Shown piece by piece: positions 59,784 through 64,000 of a DNA stretch of 64,000 bases. Every line of letters starts with the position of its first letter. Position 1 is the stretch's first letter. This stretch comes from Polyangiaceae bacterium. Lineage in GTDB: Bacteria; Myxococcota_A; Polyangia; Polyangiales; Polyangiaceae. Below the pieces are notes generated by a model. The model searched no databases and had not been told where the DNA came from. It saw only the letters and a list, made by a program, of their open reading frames with translations. Made by a program: the position numbers and the translations under genes. The stretch spans positions 608,001-672,000 of the forward strand of contig CBDCTZ010000012.1 in the NCBI GenBank assembly GCA_965222375.1, given 5' to 3'.

Positions 59784-60529
59784 AGCGCGCTGCCCGCTTC
59801 AGCCATCTCCACGCTGCGGCGCGCGTTGGTGAAGCGGTTGATACTGCCGGGAGCTCGAAGCGGTTCGAGGGTCCTTTCGACGTCGCGGACTCGGGCGCTG
59901 ACAGCTTTGTCGCGCTCCTCTATTTCCTCGCGCTTGCGCGCGTAGGCCAGGCCACCGGCTTCGACGAAGGCGAGGACTCGAGGCAGCTCGCCGGAATCGA
60001 ACCAGGTGCCGTGCTTGCCGCAGACATCGACGATGACGCCGCTGGAGCGACCGAAGTTACGGCGAGTCATGATGTCATCGCACACGGGGCATGCGACATA
60101 GCGAACTGGGTTGTCCAAGGGGTTGAAACGCGGCGGGCGTGGGGCGCGAGTGCCGTAGGCTTCGCGTCGCTCGAGCAGCGCTTTGAGCAGGGCGTGGTCG
60201 ACGAATTGGCCGCCGCAGGCATCGCAATCCCTAAGCAGGCCGTCATCCCCCCGGAAAGCATGAAAGTTGAGCTTGCAGTCCGGGCAGCGCAGGCGATCCG
60301 TCTCACTCATTGGCTCGAGCCCGAGCTCATGGCCACAGCCCGTGCAGATCCCAGCGCTCGGTAGATTCACGTGAAAGCAGCGGCCGCAGCGCAGGGTGGC
60401 GATGGGAGTTCCGCAGCTGGGGCATTGACGCGGCTCACCCCGAACGGGCTCGAGGCACATTGGGCAGTTGAGGTGATGCCCGTCAGCTGCCCCTTGGCGT
60501 CGATGGCGATAAGGACCACTTTTGTCCAC
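59753..60529 (-). CDS. Multi zinc-ribbon protein (double zinc ribbon plus two zf-TFIIB-like domains)
   Basis: CPMC, CPSC, CGRC, CTGC, CPDC, CDAC, CPVC, CGKH, and G.WFD.GEL. Start approximate. Confidence 0.85.
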   Translation of the reverse strand: MDKSGPYRHRRQGAADGHHLNCPMCLEPVRGEPRQCPSCGTPIATLRCGRCFHVNLPSAGICTGCGHELGLEPMSETDRLRCPDCKLNFHAFRGDDGLLRDCDACGGQFVDHALLKALLERREAYGTRAPRPPRFNPLDNPVRYVACPVCDDIMTRRNFGRSSGVIVDVCGKHGTWFDSGELPRVLAFVEAGGLAYARKREEIEERDKAVSARVRDVERTLEPLRAPGSINRFTNARRSVEMAEAGSALLDFVSGLIR

Positions 60530-60573
60530 GCTTCTTGATTGCACCGAGCAGCTCGGGGAGCAAGGATGTGCCC

Positions 60574-62544
60574 GTGACAGACCGCGACCGACCCTGGATC
60601 ATGCGTACCTATTCCGGGCATTCCACGCCAGCGGCGTCGAATGCCCTGTATCGGGAAAACCTGGCCCGAGGCCAAACCGGCCTCTCGGTGGCCTTCGACC
60701 TCCCGACCCAGACTGGCTACGACGCAGACCACCCTCTGGCTCGCGGCGAAGTGGGCCGCACCGGCGTCCCGATATGTCATCTCGGAGACATGAAGGAGCT
60801 CTTCGACGGCCTTTCTCTGGCCGAGATGAATACGTCGATGACCATCAATGCCACTGCGGTCTGGCTGTTCGCGCTTTACGCCGCCTGCGCTCAGGAACAG
60901 GGAGCGGACGTCAAGGCACTGCGGGGAACGACCCAGAACGACATCATCAAAGAGTATCTGTCCCGGGGTACTTATGTCTTTCCTCCGGAACCGAGCCTGC
61001 AGCTCACCGCGGATCTGATTCAGTTCACGGTGGAGCACGCCCCCGGCTTCAACCCGATCAACATCTGCAGCTACCACTTGCAGGAAGCTGGCGCGACGTC
61101 CGAGCAAGAAGTGGCCTACGCGCTGTCGACCGCTATCGCCGTACTCGACACGGTGCGGGCCCGAGGAGTGGAGGGCGACGCTCTAACGCGGGTCTTCGGG
61201 CGCTTGTCGTTCTTCGTCAACTCGGGAATTCGTTTCGTCGAGGAAGCCTGCAAGCTCCGTGCTTTCACTGCGCTCTGGGATCGGCTTGGCAAGGAGCGCT
61301 ACGGGATCCAAGACGACCGGGCACGTCGTTTCCGCTATGGCGTGCAGGTCAATTCTCTGGGCCTGACCGAGGCGCAGCCGGAGAACAACATCACACGGAT
61401 TGTGCTTGAGATGTTGGGAGTGACGCTGAGCAAGCGTGCTCGCGCACGGGCGATTCAGCTGCCGGCTTGGAACGAAGCCTTGGGTTTGCCCCGGCCATGG
61501 GATCAGCAATTGTCTTTGCGCTCCCAGCAAATACTGGCCTTCGAAACCGACCTTCTCGAATACCCGGACCTATTTGACGGCTCCAAGGTCATCGAAGCCA
61601 AAACCGGCGAGATAGCCGAAGCTGCTTGGGCGGAGGTGCAGCAGGTGCTGTCCAAAGGCGGGGCCGTGGCGGCGGTGGAGAGCGGCTACCTCAAGGAAGC
61701 CTTGGTGGCGAAGAACGCGGCACGGATCTCCCGCATCGAGCGCGGCGAGCAGACTGTCGTGGGCGTGAACAAGTACACGGAGACGGCTGACAATCCGCTG
61801 ATGACGGGAGGCGGCGCGGAGTCGATCCTGCGCGTGGATCCGCAGGCGGAAGCAGAACAACAGGAGCGCCTGGAGAGATTTCGAAAAGCTCGCGACGCCG
61901 GAGCCGTCGCCGGCGCATTGGAAGAGTTGTCCGTGGCGGCCCAAAAGGGTGAAAACCTGGTGGTGTCATCCATCGCCGCCGCCCGCGCCGGCGTGACGAC
62001 CGGCGAGTGGGGTCAAGCGCTGCGAGACGTCTTCGGCGAGTTCCGTGCACCCACCGGCGTTGGGGGTGCCGTTACGCCCGAGTTGGGCCAGAGCTACGCC
62101 AGCCTGCGCGAAAAGGTTGCCGAGTTGGCGCAGACGCTGGGGCGCCGGCCCAAGTTCTTGATCGGAAAGCCCGGGCTCGATGGTCACTCGAACGGCGCCG
62201 AACAAATCGCTTTACGCGCTCGCGACGCCGGCTTCGAAGTCGTCTACGAGGGTATTCGCACGACTCCCCAAGCCATCGCCCATGCGGCGGCGCAAGAAGG
62301 TGCGCACGTGGTCGGTCTGAGCATTCTGAGCGGCTCCCATATGGAACTCGTGGTCGACACTCTGCGTGCCCTCGAAGGCGTTGGCGCCCAAACCGTGCCA
62401 CTGGTTGTCGGCGGCATCATTCCCGACGCCGACGTGCCGCCCCTGAAAAGCGCGGGCGTCGCCGCGGTCTACACACCAAAGGACTTCCAGATCGCGAGCA
62501 TCCTCGAGGATCTCGTGACGGTCGTGCAGCGAGCACAGCAGTGA
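60574..62544 (+). CDS. ecm: Ethylmalonyl-CoA mutase (MeaA), coenzyme B12-dependent
   Basis: PWIMRTYSGHS, GQTGLSVAFDLPTQTGYD, RYGVQVNSLGLTE, QLPAWNEALGLPRPWDQQ, and B12 motif DGHSNG. Start 60568 or 60574. Confidence 0.95.
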   Translation: MTDRDRPWIMRTYSGHSTPAASNALYRENLARGQTGLSVAFDLPTQTGYDADHPLARGEVGRTGVPICHLGDMKELFDGLSLAEMNTSMTINATAVWLFALYAACAQEQGADVKALRGTTQNDIIKEYLSRGTYVFPPEPSLQLTADLIQFTVEHAPGFNPINICSYHLQEAGATSEQEVAYALSTAIAVLDTVRARGVEGDALTRVFGRLSFFVNSGIRFVEEACKLRAFTALWDRLGKERYGIQDDRARRFRYGVQVNSLGLTEAQPENNITRIVLEMLGVTLSKRARARAIQLPAWNEALGLPRPWDQQLSLRSQQILAFETDLLEYPDLFDGSKVIEAKTGEIAEAAWAEVQQVLSKGGAVAAVESGYLKEALVAKNAARISRIERGEQTVVGVNKYTETADNPLMTGGGAESILRVDPQAEAEQQERLERFRKARDAGAVAGALEELSVAAQKGENLVVSSIAAARAGVTTGEWGQALRDVFGEFRAPTGVGGAVTPELGQSYASLREKVAELAQTLGRRPKFLIGKPGLDGHSNGAEQIALRARDAGFEVVYEGIRTTPQAIAHAAAQEGAHVVGLSILSGSHMELVVDTLRALEGVGAQTVPLVVGGIIPDADVPPLKSAGVAAVYTPKDFQIASILEDLVTVVQRAQQ

Positions 62545-63524
62545 GCTCAGAGGGCCCGGGCCTGGACGCGTTGACTGCAGGAGTGCTTGCGCGAGACCTG
62601 TCCAGCGTGGCTCGGGCGCTATCTCTGGTCGAAGACACGCGTTTGGAGCAACGACCTCGGGCCCTGGCGCTGCTTTCCGCGCTCCACCGCGTCGGGCGAG
62701 ATCGTGGCCATCGGGTCGGTGTGACGGGTCCGCCGGGTGTGGGCAAGAGCTCGCTGCTCAACCGCCTGGTCCAGTCCTACCGCGCAGCCGGGCGAAGTGT
62801 GGGAGTCATCGCGATTGACCCGAGTAGCCCGCGCAGCGGCGGCGCGCTGCTCGGCGATCGGGCGCGCATGGTTCTGGATGCTGCAGATCCGGAAGTCTTC
62901 GTGAGGAGCATGGCCAGCGGCGGTCAGCTCGGAGGCCTCTCCCGCGCCGCTGGCGCCGCCGTCGATGTGCTGACCGCTGCCTACGACATGATCTTCGTCG
63001 AGACGACGGGAGTGGGTCAGAGCGAGACGGATGTGGAGCATGTGACCGACACCGTCGTGTTGGTGATTCAACCCGCGTCCGGCGATGTCCTCCAATTCAT
63101 CAAATCCGGCATCGTGGAGATCCCGGACATCTTCGCGATCAACAAGGCCGACTTGAAGGACGTCGCAGCCCGGGCCGTGTCCGAACTGAAGGCCGCAATT
63201 CGCGTCGCAGACAAAGCCCACGATCCCGAGGCGGTGCTGTCGCTCAGCGCCACGGAAGACATTGGGATCGACGCTCTGACCCAGGCCCTGGACGAGCATC
63301 GCAGTGCGCTGGCGACTCGTGGGCAGTTGCTGTCCCGCCGGACGCATAAGGCGGCCAGGTGGGCCATGCGGCTACTGGAGTCGGATGTATGGGAAGCGCG
63401 GCTGCGCGCCCTCGGTGGCGCAAGCACGACCCTGAATCGCCTGACGGCGGCCATTCATGCGGGCCAAAGCGCCGTCGAGGCCGTCAACGCACTCGGCGTT
63501 GACGAGCTGGCAAAGGACCGCTAG
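62541..63524 (+). CDS. meaB: Acyl-CoA mutase-associated GTPase MeaB
   Basis: GPPGVGKS, DPSSP.SGGALLGDR.RM, ET.GVGQSE, NKAD. GTGA overlap with ecm. Confidence 0.95.
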   Translation: MSSEGPGLDALTAGVLARDLSSVARALSLVEDTRLEQRPRALALLSALHRVGRDRGHRVGVTGPPGVGKSSLLNRLVQSYRAAGRSVGVIAIDPSSPRSGGALLGDRARMVLDAADPEVFVRSMASGGQLGGLSRAAGAAVDVLTAAYDMIFVETTGVGQSETDVEHVTDTVVLVIQPASGDVLQFIKSGIVEIPDIFAINKADLKDVAARAVSELKAAIRVADKAHDPEAVLSLSATEDIGIDALTQALDEHRSALATRGQLLSRRTHKAARWAMRLLESDVWEARLRALGGASTTLNRLTAAIHAGQSAVEAVNALGVDELAKDR

Positions 63525-63540
63525 AGGCGAATCCCGGCGA

Positions 63541-63681
63541 TCAGGTCGCGGTCTTGGCGGGCCCTTTGGGCTTGGCGTCTTCGGCGTTCTGCTCTGCCCG
63601 CTTCAGCTCCCAGAGCATGTTCTTCTTGGCGCGGCGCTTGCGCTGCTTGCGTCGGGTGCGCGGGTCTTGGGGTGTTGACAT
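63541..63681 (-). CDS. Putative 46-aa highly basic small protein (absent from the ORF track)
   Basis: MSTPQDPRTRRKQRKRRAKKNMLWELKRAEQNAEDAKPKGPAKTAT. Third codon positions are almost all G/C. Confidence 0.6.
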   Translation of the reverse strand: MSTPQDPRTRRKQRKRRAKKNMLWELKRAEQNAEDAKPKGPAKTAT

Positions 63682-63812
63682 AGCGGGCGGGGTTTATCAG
63701 AGGCCTGGGGGCAGCGCCAGGCCGAAAAATGGCTGGCCGGCCGTCGAAGGCCAAGTAGCGTGCAAATCCCGCTGTTTGCCCAGATTTTGCTGTCGGAAGG
63801 GGGGTTCTAAGA

Positions 63813-63835
63813 CTTATATGCATGATGCATATAAG
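63813..63835. promoter_or_regulatory. Perfect AT-rich inverted repeat, probable transcription-factor operator
   Basis: CTTATATGCAT-G-ATGCATATAAG in non-coding DNA. Confidence 0.65.
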
Positions 63836-64000
63836 CTGCGTCGACCTTCGGCTGGCGCCTGTCCACACGGCTCACGGTTCATCACGTCTTGATCGCTGGG
63901 GCCTCGGCGAGCGGAAGGCTTTCACCAACCGGGGTTTCTTCGAGGCCATCAGCAGGGGGGCTACGCTCACGGGCGGGTTGGACGGAGATCTTGGGGGAAC

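Noticed and set aside
62007..62540. N-terminal extensions given by the ORF track (meaB from 62007, clpS from 58699, mch from 51203, mcd from 52903, aglR from 40596, RHH from 10681)
   Set aside because: The extensions overlap other genes or promoters and lack homology. Downstream starts fit RBS, stop/start overlap or promoter evidence better.
60574..62544. Methylmalonyl-CoA mutase
   Set aside because: The short N-terminus and the RYGVQVNS and QLPAWNEA motifs are Ecm/MeaA-type.
63800..63840. Chromosome dimer resolution (dif) site
   Set aside because: The spacer is 1 bp rather than 6, and there is no TTATGTTAAA-like XerD arm.

Overview
This is a gene-dense, GC-rich (roughly two-thirds G+C by eye) chromosomal window of about 55 genes. 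It most likely comes from a myxobacterium (Myxococcota, Polyangiales-like), judged from the Gly/Cys-rich lipoproteins, aglRQS-type motor genes, a CdbA-like RHH protein and a GYF_2 protein. I found no rRNA, tRNA, CRISPR array or mobile element. Housekeeping genes are mazG, rlmN, a phosphohexomutase, an M16 peptidase pair, lepA, rluB, pepP, an lgt-family gene, mreBCD-mrdA-rodA, a SWIM-SNF2 helicase, a 5-oxoprolinase and clpS-clpA. The most notable items are: (1) an intact, full-length membrane pyrophosphatase homologue that has lost most catalytic and ion-coupling residues, a candidate pseudo-enzyme; (2) directly upstream of it, two divergently transcribed TolQ-TolR-TolR (AglRQS-type) proton-motor operons; (3) a dispersed ethylmalonyl-CoA pathway cluster (mch, mcd, ccr, thiolase, ecm, meaB); (4) several unexplained small-scale signals, namely a degenerate 48-bp tandem repeat copied from a gene 3' end, a perfect AT-rich 11-1-11 palindrome, an identical 13-aa segment in AglQ and AglS, a hairpin between aglR and aglQ, and unannotated small ORFs. 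All family calls come from motif recognition by eye; no database search was run.
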